Assembly (NCBI GenBank): GCA_004431415.1
Contig: QPMI01000544.1
Coordinates: 1-64,000, forward strand
Source: Cyanophora paradoxa CCMP329
Taxonomy: Eukaryota; Plantae; Glaucophyta
Direction of reading: 5' to 3'
DNA length: 64,000 bases
A program made the translations under genes and the position numbers. The notes below the pieces were generated by a model that made no database searches, had not been told where the DNA came from, and worked only from the letters and a program-made list of their open reading frames with translations. Shown one piece after another: positions 10,876-20,796 of this stretch; positions within the stretch are counted from its first letter, which is position 1, and each line of letters starts with the position of its first letter.

Positions 10876-12180
10876 ATGTCGTCCTCGAGCTCGGCCCGGG
10901 GCGAGAGCAGACTCTGGGAGGCGACGTCGGTGCACGTGGCTATAAGCACCCAGGGCCCGCCTATGGCCAGATCTAGACGTCGAGGCCACGGGTGCTGTGG
11001 TGCGGATCGGATGATGACCAAGTCCGGCACGCATCGCAAGAATATTAATCCCGCTGGCACGTGCACGACCATGGCCAGCAGACCTTCCAGCCCCCTGGGC
11101 CCCCCCGCCCTCGACGCACGCACTTTTCCCGTGCATGCTGCAGGCGCTGTCGCGACGCTCGCACAAAATAGGGACATCGACTCTGGCGGTACGCGCATCG
11201 ACGATCGCGAGCTCGAGCTCGAATCTGGATCTCCGCTGTCAGGCAAGGACAATCTTCTCGAGCCCGTCCGTGCCGATGCACATGTGCATGTGCATGTGCC
11301 GACGTCGGCGCTTGCAAGCACGTGCGCGAGCACGGGCGGCGCGGAAGAGGGCGACCTCAAGCCCGAGGCTGCGGCGGCAGCTGCAGTTACCGCTGCGACC
11401 GCGTCCACGGATCGGGAGGCCGATCGCGAGCCGGAGTCGGACCGCGCAGATGTCGACGCCGATCGCGACAAGCTCAGGCACGAGCGCGAGGAGGCCGGGA
11501 GCACCGGTCCGGATTCGGCGCGCAACGTCGACGTCTGCACCGATCAAGAGGGTACACGCGGTGCGGCCATGGCCAGTCATGATCATGATCAGCAAACGCA
11601 TGCGCGCGCGCAATCTCCGGCGCGCGCAGTCATCGGGCCGGATCTGCAAGCTCCGAATTCTAATTCGGACTCCGGCGCCCACAGCGCTAGCGCGGGTGTC
11701 CCGGCAGGCCCCGCCCGCGGCGACGTGGACGGCATGCGCACCGACAAGAGCTCCCCCGCCGCCCAATCCCTCTCGGGCGCGGCGGAGCTCTCCGCGAAAT
11801 TTGGCTGCAAGCAGCCCGTCGTGTTTCTCCTCGGCGGCGCCAAGCCCAGCTCTGCCTACGTGGGTTGCTGCTGCAATCTCAAGCGCAAATTTGCGGAGCT
11901 GCGCGGGTCGGGGCTGCTGGACATGACGCGCGACCGAGGCCCCTGGAAGATTCGAGCCGTCGCGCACGGATTCCCGAACGAAAACGTCGCCAAAGCTTTT
12001 CAGATGCTCCTCGAGTCCAAGTGCCGCAGCAGCGGGGTGAGCAAGAAGCTGCGGGTGATGCGCGAACTCACAGAGGATTTTTCGGCGATCTCCGGCGAGC
12101 CGCGCGCTGGTGACGCGGGGGCGATCCGCGTCGAGGTGGACGCCGACGGCGACGCGCATGCTCTACGAGTCGGAGAGTAG
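10876..12180 (+). CDS. Protein with C-terminal SLX1-like GIY-YIG domain, probably catalytically degenerate; start codon uncertain
   Basis: PVVFLL...AYVGCCCNLKRKF...TRDRGPWKIRAVAHGFPNENVAKAFQ resembles SLX1-type GIY-YIG; low-complexity N-terminus. Confidence 0.65.
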   Translation: MSSSSSARGESRLWEATSVHVAISTQGPPMARSRRRGHGCCGADRMMTKSGTHRKNINPAGTCTTMASRPSSPLGPPALDARTFPVHAAGAVATLAQNRDIDSGGTRIDDRELELESGSPLSGKDNLLEPVRADAHVHVHVPTSALASTCASTGGAEEGDLKPEAAAAAAVTAATASTDREADREPESDRADVDADRDKLRHEREEAGSTGPDSARNVDVCTDQEGTRGAAMASHDHDQQTHARAQSPARAVIGPDLQAPNSNSDSGAHSASAGVPAGPARGDVDGMRTDKSSPAAQSLSGAAELSAKFGCKQPVVFLLGGAKPSSAYVGCCCNLKRKFAELRGSGLLDMTRDRGPWKIRAVAHGFPNENVAKAFQMLLESKCRSSGVSKKLRVMRELTEDFSAISGEPRAGDAGAIRVEVDADGDAHALRVGE

Positions 12181-12489
12181 GCGAATGGAGCTCGCGCATC
12201 CCGTATCCCGTAGTACATACATGTAGACGGCGCCGGCATACGCACGAGCTCGAGCGTACGCGTGTCGCACAGAGGTTCATATGCAGTGCAGCCGCACTTT
12301 CACGCGGGCCATCCGAGTCGCTATATTTATCTTATATGGTTTGATAGGCTTTTTTTTTGGAAAGCCTGTTGCATTCGTACACACTTGACAACAGTCCCCC
12401 GCTCCTCGCCTACCGGATACTGGGATGCTGACTGCAGGAGGAGATAGATGACAAGAGTGCTACAGCTAGTATTCGTGTCGAGCTGGTGC

Positions 12490-13012
12490 TTGAGCTTGGC
12501 CAGAGGGAGAGAGGAGAGAGAGAGGGAGGGCAGCTTTGAGCAAAGCCTGGACGTAAATGGGAAACGCAGTACCCCCCAGGGGGGCGAGCTGGGCGTGGCC
12601 GGAGGAGAGAGGGAGGAGGAGCCCCTTGAGCGAAGCCTGGACGTAAATGGGAAACGCAGTACCCCCCAGGGGGCGAGCTGAGCTTGGCCGGAGGGCGAGA
12701 GGAGAGAGAGGGAGAGAGAGGGCAGCTTTGAGCAAAGCCTGGACGTAAATGGGAAACGCAGTACCCCCAGGGGGCGAGCTGAGCTTGGCCGGAGGAGAGA
12801 GGAGAGAGAGAGAGAGAGAGGGCAGCTTTGAGCAAAGCCTGGACGTAAATGGGAAACGCAGTACCCCCCAGGGGGGCGAGCCTCGGAGCTGAGCTTGGCC
12901 GGAGGGAGAGAGGGAGGAGGAGCCCCTTGAGCGAAGCCTGGATGTAAATGGGAAACGCAGTACCCCCAGGGGGCAGGCTGAGCGTGGGCGGAGGGAGTGA
13001 CGGGAGGGGGAG

Positions 13013-13050
<38 letters not shown>

Positions 13051-13680
13051 CGGGGGCAGAGAAATGCAGGACCCCAGGCGATCTCCCCCTCCCTCTCCTC
13101 CTCCCATCAGCCAAACGGAGCACATGATCGGCGATAGTCATTATGAGCAATATTAATATTACCTGCAGAACTGAATGCGTATGGTCCCAACCTAGAATGC
13201 CTCATGATCATCTTATCTAGAACTTTCAGCTTCTGAGCCTCACGATGCGCATCTAGATTTAAATTAGCCCCTCTTTCTCCTATGATCCGTCTCTCGCTTT
13301 TCCTGCTTGGAATGTCTTTCTTGAAGTTTCAAGCTCATGATCGATTTCGATATATATTGCCGCTGTCCAAAGTCGAATCTTTTGTTGTTAAAACAAACTT
13401 CTGGCAACTCTCCTCTGCCGAGAGGAGGGCCCCGGGGTACAACGTTTCCCATTATCGTCCTGGGCTCCCCTATGGCGGGCGGGGGGCGCTCCGGATCCGC
13501 AGAGAGGAGGGCCCCGGGGTACAGCGTTTCCCATTATCGTCCAGGGCTCCCCTATGGCGGGCGGGGGGCGCTCCGGATCCGCAGAGAGGAGGGCCCCGGG
13601 GTACAGCGTTTCCCATTATCGTCCAGGGCTCCCCTATATATGGCGGGGGCGCCTCCGCAGAGAGGAGGGCCCCGGGCTTT
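12490..13680 (+). repeat. Composite site copy 2: 5 A-units, poly-G tract, core, 3 inverted B-units (82 bp period)
   Basis: A at ~12546, 12636, 12738, 12838, 12937; G-run ~13014-13050; core homologous to copy 1; B at ~13435, 13518, 13600. Confidence 0.93.
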
Positions 13681-13812
13681 CACGCGGGCCATCCGAGTCG
13701 CTTTATATATATTATATGGTTTGATAGGCGTGCCCGTCGCCAGTCGTGTATATATCGATATCATAGTATGCAACCTAGGCCTCGAGCTCTTTATATCATA
13801 CCGTCGTCCTCT

Positions 13813-14580
13813 GCGCCCGATTTAGAACACGGGCCGGGGCGCGGGGGCCGGGGGCGAACCTCGAGCGCATGGTATCGCTCGAGGTGGCGGGATCCGGCCA
13901 GCTCGCCCCGTACCCCCCTCTGAACGCGCCCGCGCCCGATTTAGAACACGGGCCGGGGCGCGGGGGCCGGGGGCGTGCCTTCTGGTATCGCTCGAGGTGG
14001 CGGGATCCGGCCAGCTCGCCCCATACCCCCCTCTGAACGCGCCCGCGCCCGATTTAGAACACGGGCCGGGGCGCGGGGCCGGGGGCGTGCCTTCTGGTAT
14101 CGCTCGAGGTGGCGGGATCCGGCCAGCTCGCCCCGTACCCCCTCTGAACGCGCCCGCGCCCGATTTAGAACACGGGCCGGGGCGCGGGGGCCGGGGCGTG
14201 CCTTCTGGTATCGCTCGAGGTGGCGGGATCCGGCCAGCTCGCCCCGTACCCCCCTCTGAACGCGCCCGCGCCCGATTTAGAACACGGGCCGGGGCGCGGG
14301 GCCGGGGCGTGCCTTCTGGTATCGCTCGAGGTGGCGGGATCCGGCCAGCTCGCCCCGTACCCCCTCTGAACGCGCCCGCGCCCGATTTAGAACACGGGGC
14401 GGGGGCGCGCGGGGACGGGGCGCACCGCCCGGGTTCGCTCGAGGTGGCGGGATCCGGTCAGCTCGCCCCGTACCCCCCTCTGAACGCGCCCGCGCCCGAT
14501 CTAGAACACGGGGCGGGGGCGCGCGGGGACGGGGCGCACCGCCCGGGTTCGCTCGAGGTGGCGGGATCCGGCCAGCTCAC
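13813..14580 (+). repeat. Tandem array, ~112 bp unit x ~7
   Basis: CCCGATTTAGAACACGGG...CGCTCGAGGTGGCGGGATCCGGCCAGCTCGCCCCGTACCCC recurs at ~13821, 13940, 14053, 14164, 14276, 14386, 14500. Confidence 0.93.
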
Positions 14581-16149
14581 CGTCGACGCCACCTACAACG
14601 CACCGAGGTCAAGCGTGGGCGCAAGGCGAGGGAACGCTAGACGGCGGGCCAAGGCGGGCCTCGCCCGTGGAGAGCCACCTGCAGCGAGACGCTCCCACCA
14701 CGTTCCGCCGCCCGCCCTCTGCTCGCTGCCACCCCGCCAAGCCGAGTAAGATCCCAGGAGAGAAGGAGCGAGGCCGGGGCCGGCGCACCTCGCAGAGCTC
14801 GGAGCGCCGCGCGCGGCGCTGCGGAGATCTAGATCTAGAGGCAATTGCAAGGGCGGCCGACCGGCGCGGGCGGTCGTTCCACGCGCTCCGCCACGCACGA
14901 GGCGCCAGAGGCGCGAGATGACCCGATCCGACCTCCATCGGCGCCTCGGCGCTCCGGGGCTCGGGAGCAGAGCGCTGCGTGGGCGCGAGGAAGCGCGTCC
15001 GGTCGCGGCGCGGCTGCGGGGCGCTAGGAGAGCTACGGTGCGCTCGGGGAGGTCGCCGATGCGGCGGCTGCCCCTTGATGTCGTCCGCCTTGCCTGTCTC
15101 GCCCGCAGGCCCAGAATCGCGCAATCGAGCGCCGCCGCGCGGCGAGACCAGGCGGCGTGGCGCTCCGGGAGCTCGCTCGAGCCGCCGGCGAGCTCGTGCG
15201 GCTGCTGCGCCCAGATCCAGTCGTCCGGTATACGTAGGTCGGCCCCGGCGCAGGCCGGGGTCGGAGCCGACTGCGGGTACGCGTGCGCGGCCCGACCTCT
15301 CTCGCCGGCTTCCTGCCTCTGGACTCTTGCGGCGGTCCCGGGACGCAGAGGCAGGCTCGAGCTCGCCCACGCCGGTCCGATTGCGCCGAGACCGCGCGGC
15401 TCGCGTGCGGTTCGCCTCGCCCGACAGCACCGCTAGCTACAGAGCTATCGCCGGCACCGCCAGCCGGTAGGGTGTGACCAACGCGCAGCGCGCATCCTCT
15501 CCGGGCGTTTTCTGCGGTTTCCGCCCGCCCGGGCCGCTCGGTCGCCCCGGCCGCCGCTCCGATCCGGTCGCAGCAACGGCGCCTTTCACCCAGGTCGGGC
15601 TCGCGCCCAGGCAGCCCGTCGCGCGCCCTCGAACGGGGAGCAGGTCGCACATAGGTTGCAATCGAGGCTGCCGGTGCGGCCCCCCAATTCGGGGCTTCGC
15701 GGCGTATACGTACGATCTGATCGGCGGACCCGCCGCAGGCGCCGACCTCGCCGGCGCAGGAGATCCCGCGGCCCGCGGGGCGCGAGCGGATGCCACGCTT
15801 GATTTCGCCGCGAGGCGCGGGGCTTCTGCGCTCGGTACGACCCCGCCCGCGCCCCAAAGCCCGCCGCCGACTCGCCGACCGCGCGCGCGCGCCCCGCGTA
15901 TCAGCCCGCGCCGCGCGGCGGCGGCCGGCGAGCCGGCCGAGCGAGCCGAGGCGCGGCGCCGGGCGACCTCGCCGATCGGCCCCGTCCGGCCCGTCCAGGG
16001 AGCGACCGCCCGGGCTCCGGCGAGGTCGCCCCGCCGCCTCTTCGAGTGTCCTCGCTCCGCCGGTCCGATACCGTTTCCCCCCCCCGTCTCTTTCGAGCTC
16101 GCCGCGCGGCGCTTTCGACGAGGCTCTGCAGCTGCGCCGGACGGGAAGA

Positions 16150-16450
16150 GAGGGGGTACGCTTCACGCTGGCCGGAACCCGCCAGGCGCGCGGTAGGGGC
16201 CCGCCCCGCGCCCTCTTCCCCCCCCCTCGCCCCGTCCCCCGTCCCGACGCCGGCCGGCAGAAACGACGGGGAGCGGGGGGTACGCCTCTCGCTGGCCGGA
16301 ACCCGCCAGGCGCGCGGTAGGGGCCCGCCCCGCGCCCTCTTCCCCCCCCCTCGCCCCGTCCCCCGTCCCGACGCCGGCCGGCAGAAACGACGGGGAGCGG
16401 GGGGTACGCCTCTCGCCGGCCGGAACCCGCCAGGCGCGCGGTAGGGGCCC
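16150..16450 (+). repeat. Tandem array, ~124 bp unit x ~2.5
   Basis: GGGGTACGC..GGCCGGAACCCGCCAGGCGCGCGGTAGGGGCCCG at ~16153, 16277, 16401. Confidence 0.88.
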
Positions 16451-16765
16451 GAGCTCGAGGTCCGACACCCTCTCCCTCCCCTTTCCCCCTTTCCTCCCTC
16501 CCCTCTCCGCCCCCCCTAGGGCCTCCCGCCCCCCTCCCCTCTCTCTCCCGCCCCCTTTCCCTCTGACCTTCCTTCCCCCTCTCCTCGCCCCTCCCCACCC
16601 CTCCCTGCCCACCCTGCCCGCCGGCGCCCCTCCTCGCGCCCCCATACCTCTCCGCGTCTCACGCCCGTTTCGATAGGAACCGAGGCCTCGACACGACATC
16701 GCACAGCAGAGCTAGACATAGGTGCGCTCGCAGGGTCCTCTCCCACGTTTGCTGTAAATAGGTCC

Positions 16766-17664
16766 GACGGTATGATATAAAGAGCTCGAGGCCTAGTTTG
16801 AATACTATGATATATACATGGCTGGCGACGGGCACGCCTATCAAACCATATAATATATATAAAGCGATTCGGAGGCCCGCGTGAAAGCCCGGGCCCTCCT
16901 CTCTGCGGAGGCGCCCCCGCCATAGGGGAGGCCTGGACGATAATGGGAAACGCTGTACCCCGGGGCCCTCCTCTCTGCGGATCCGGAGCGCCCCCCGCCC
17001 GCCATAGGGGAGCCCTGGACGATAATGGGAAACGCTGTACCCCGGGGCCCTCCTCTCTGCGGATCCGGAGCGCCCCCCGCCCGCCATAGGGGAGCCCTGG
17101 ACGATAATGGGAAACGCTGTACCCCGGGGCCCTCCTCTCTGCGGATCCGGAGCGCCCCCCGCCCGCCATAGGGGAGCCCTGGACGATAATGGGAAACGCT
17201 GTACCCCGGGGCCCTCCTCTCTGCAGATCCGGAGCGCTCCCGGCCCGCCATAGGGGAGCCCTGGACGATAATGGGAAACGCTGTACCCCGGGGCCCTCCT
17301 CTCTGCAGAGGAGAGTTGCCAGAAGTTTGTTTTTACAACAAAAGATTCGACTTTGGACAGCGGCAATATATATCGAAATCGATCATGAGCTTGAAACTTC
17401 AAGAAAGACATTCCAAGCAGGAAAAGCGAGAGACGGATCATAGGAGAAAGAGGGGCTAATTTAAATCTAGATGCGCATCGTGAGGCTCAGAAGCTGGAAG
17501 TTCTAGATAAGATGATCATGAGGCATTCTAGGTTGGGACCATACGCATTCAGTTCTGCAGGTAATATTAATATTGCTCATAATGACTATCGCCGATCATG
17601 TGCTCCGTTTGGCTGATGGGAGGAGGAGAGGGAGGGGGGAGATCGCCTGGGGTCCTGCATTTCT

Positions 17665-17702
<38 letters not shown>

Positions 17703-18480
17703 TCCTCCCGTCGCTCCCTCCGGCCACGCTCAGCTTGCCCCCTGGGGGTACTGCGTTTCCCATTTACATCCAGGCTTCGCTCAAGGGGCTCCTCCTCCCT
17801 CTCTCCCTCCGGCCACGCTCAGCTCGCCCCCCTGGGGGTACTGCGTTTCCCATTTACGTCCAGGCTTCGCTCAAGGGCTCCCTCCTCCCTCTCTCCCTCC
17901 GGCCAAGCTCAGCTCGCCCCCTGGGGGGTACTGCGTTTCCCATTTACGTCCAGGCTTCGCTCAAAGCTGCAGCTGCCCTCTCTCTCTCTCTCTCCTCTCT
18001 CCCTCCGGCCAAGCTCAGCTCGCCCCCCTGGGGGGTACTGCGTTTCCCATTTACGTCCAGGCTTTGCTCAAAGCTGCCCTCTCTCTCTCTCTCTCCTCTC
18101 TCCCTCCGGCCAAGCTCAGCTCGCCCCCCTGGGGGGTACTGCGTTTCCCATTTACGTCCAGGCTTTGCTCAAAGCTGCCCTCTCTCTCTCTTCTCTCCTC
18201 TCTCCCTCCGGCCAAGCTCTGCTCGCCCCCCTGGGGGTACTGCGTTTCCCATTTACGTCCAGGCTTTGCTCAAAGCTGCCCTCTCTCTCTCTCTCTCTCC
18301 TCTCTCCCTCCGGCCAAGCTCAGCTCGCCCCCCTGGGGGTACTGCGTTTCCCATTTACGTCCAGGCTTTGCTCAAAGCTGCCCTCTCTCTCTCTCTCTCC
18401 TCTCTCCCTCCGGCCAAGCTCAGCTCGCCCCCCTGGGGGTACTGCGTTTCCCATTTACGTCCAGGCTCCGCTCAAGGGCC
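16766..18480 (-). repeat. Composite site copy 3 (inverted): 5 B-units, core, poly-C, 8 A-units; forms a long inverted repeat with 12490-13806
   Basis: Reverse complement of copy 2, including its core and the unique flank up to ...TTTATATCATACCGTCG. B at 16932, 17014, 17096, 17178, 17260; A at ~17747-18438. Confidence 0.93.
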
Positions 18481-18609
18481 CCCCCACGGCCATCTGCTTT
18501 ATTTACCAGCGCCAGATCCAGATGGCTGCGATCGCAAAGAGAGACTCAAAACGTCAACGGGGGCATTGATGTTATCAGCGTTCATATTGTGACCGTAGAG
18601 CTGCAAAGA

Positions 18610-18960
18610 TCCCCCGCCGCCGCCCTGGCCCCCGCCCCGTCCGCCGCCCTGGCCCCGCCCCCTCCGCCCGCCCCTCCGCCCGCCCCTCCGCCCGCCCCTC
18701 CGCCCGCCCCCTCCGCCCGCCCCTCCGCCCCCCGCCTTCCCCCGCCCCTCCCCCCCCCCCTCCTCTCCTTCCGGCCAAGCGTAGGCTCAGCTGCCCGCCT
18801 GGCCATCGGCCAGGCCATTGGGGGGGTACTGCGTTTCACATTTACGTCCAGGCTCCGCTCAAGCCCCCCTTCGCCCCGTCTCTCCCTCTGGCCAAGCTCA
18901 GCTCGCCCGCCCCGGGGGTACTGCGTTTCCCATTTACGTCCAGGCTCCGCTCAAGGCCCC
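18610..18960 (-). repeat. 12-bp CCGCCCGCCCCT microsatellite followed by two further A-units immediately upstream of Rep
   Basis: GTACTGCGTTTC(A/C)CATTTACGTCCAGG at ~18826 and ~18918; Rep ATG at 19042. Confidence 0.85.
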
Positions 18961-19041
18961 CATCCCTCCCCCATAACAATTCTTTGGGGTTTCATTTGGC
19001 GCCCGTCACGTCCGACGGTCTGCGGCGCGTTTCGAGTTTCG

Positions 19042-19857
19042 ATGTCGCGCCATCGCAACTTTTGCTTCACGTGGAACAATCCGCAGAGGCGTCTAACTTT
19101 GAGCGACTTCACCGACGCGACGTACCTCGTTTACAGCGAGGAGGTCGGCGCATCCGGAACGCCCCACCTCCAAGGTTACGTCGAGTTCTCAAAGGCCAAG
19201 CGCGAGTCCGAGCTGAGGAAACGCCTCCCCACTATACACTGGGAGCCGCGCAAGGGCCGGCAGCAAGATGCGATTGCCTACTGTAAGAAGAACGATGCAA
19301 CGCACGTAGACGGACCGTTCGAGTTCGGAGAGCCAAAGAAACAAGGGGAGAGGACGGATCTCGCGCAGCTCGTCCACGAAATCAAGAGCGAGAAACGAAA
19401 AATCTCCGAGGTCGCCCTCGAGTACCCCGATCTGTACTGCCGGTACCGAAGCGGGATCCGCGACATTGTCGCATTTTCGCAGCCGCCTCGCACTCGCCCA
19501 ACGGAAATCCACATTCGGTGGGGACCGCCTGGAACAGGAAAGACCCGATTTATCTACGATTCGTACGGGAATTCTGAAATCTACAAAAAGCCCGAGGGAC
19601 CATGGTGGGACGGCTACGAGAATCAACCTATCGTTCTTATCGATGATTACGACGGCTACATTCCGTTCACGGAAATGCTACAGCTATGCGACCGCTATCC
19701 GCACAAGGTTCCCATCAAAGGAGGATTCGTGGAATTTAACAGCACAGCGATCTACATCACGAGCAACGTGGAGCCGCGGTCCTGGTACCTGAATATCCCG
19801 CCGGAGCGATACGCAGCGTTTGAGCGCAGGGTTACATCGTGTGCCTTTGTTGTCTGA
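19042..19857 (+). CDS. rep: CRESS-DNA (circovirus-like) replication initiator: HUH endonuclease + SF3 helicase, 271 aa, intact and intronless
   Basis: RCR motif I FTWNN, II PHLQG, III YCKK; QGERTDL; Walker A GPPGTGKT; WWDGY; Walker B IDDY; motif C ITSN; arginine finger ERRV. Confidence 0.96.
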   Translation: MSRHRNFCFTWNNPQRRLTLSDFTDATYLVYSEEVGASGTPHLQGYVEFSKAKRESELRKRLPTIHWEPRKGRQQDAIAYCKKNDATHVDGPFEFGEPKKQGERTDLAQLVHEIKSEKRKISEVALEYPDLYCRYRSGIRDIVAFSQPPRTRPTEIHIRWGPPGTGKTRFIYDSYGNSEIYKKPEGPWWDGYENQPIVLIDDYDGYIPFTEMLQLCDRYPHKVPIKGGFVEFNSTAIYITSNVEPRSWYLNIPPERYAAFERRVTSCAFVV

Positions 19858-20116
19858 ATAAAGCTGTCTAAAACGCGTGTATACGTATACCGTAGTACGT
19901 ATGCGCACGTGCAACTGCGCACCTTTAAATTTAATTTGATGACTCGATGATTTGCGATCAACCTGCGACTGGCCATATGCATGGCATGGGCCTGACGGAT
20001 TTAAACGGAATGCGCTGCGAAGCACTATATAGCGAGTCGCGATCGAGGCATAAGGCTGCGTACTGATGCAAATTGAGCGCGTGAAGAGCACAACCATGTA
20101 AACGTACCCCCGGCCC

Positions 20117-20470
20117 GCCGGCGCCCACCACAATGTATATTAATATTAGAGTCGACACAATCCACGCATGCCATGATGACTCGTGTAGTAATATGATGTA
20201 TTACCTATCAGGCACTTCTGTACCGCGGACCTCTGAACTTGTATACCAGCTGCAGCTGCAACGTGACGGCGTGCGCTTTGTATATATAGATGCCAGCGCC
20301 CAGCACAATTACCATTCGAGTCGATACAATCATTGAATCCACACGTGCACAAATGAAATGCATGACCCGCGTAGTATTATACTACCTATCAGGCACTTCT
20401 GTACCGCGGACCTCTGTACTTGTATATACCAGCTGCAACGTGACGGCGTCTGCTACATATCGCCAGCGCC
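20117..20470 (+). repeat. ~175 bp tandem duplication between Rep and the primase-helicase
   Basis: Both copies contain ACCTATCAGGCACTTCTGTACCGCGGACCTCTG.ACTTGTATA..CCAGCTGCA..ACGTGACGGCGT. Confidence 0.85.
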
Positions 20471-20796
20471 GCGCTCAAGGACCGCAATTGCAACGCTTCG
20501 ATTTGGTTGATTTGGTCGGATATATATCGATATGGATATCGATACCGATACCTTATAATTACACGCACACGTACGTATATACATAGACTCTGAGAGTATT
20601 ACAGCATTCGAAGAGGATGCACGCGACCATGGCCATGGGCACAGCTACGTACATACGCGCGCGTGCGCGTTCAGGTCACGTGTACTATAGCCATAGCTAG
20701 TACTCGAGATCGAAATCTATATATCTATATATAAATCGGGTACAGATCTCAAAGGTCCGCGCAGTTTGCGATGGTAATTATAATCCGGCGTGGCAC

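Larger units (their letters stand above)
9075..10887. repeat. Tandem duplication of a ~900-920 bp unit carrying a truncated TFIIB-like gene
   Basis: 9075-9968 and 9973-10887 are near identical (TCATGTAT..GATCAGCGCTGGCGACCCGGCATA ... GGAATGTAGATGTCGTCCTCGAGC). Confidence 0.93.

Noticed and set aside
18064-19041. N-terminal 326 aa of the 597-aa ORF as part of Rep
   Set aside because: It is translated repeat array; Rep motif I follows directly on the ATG at 19042.
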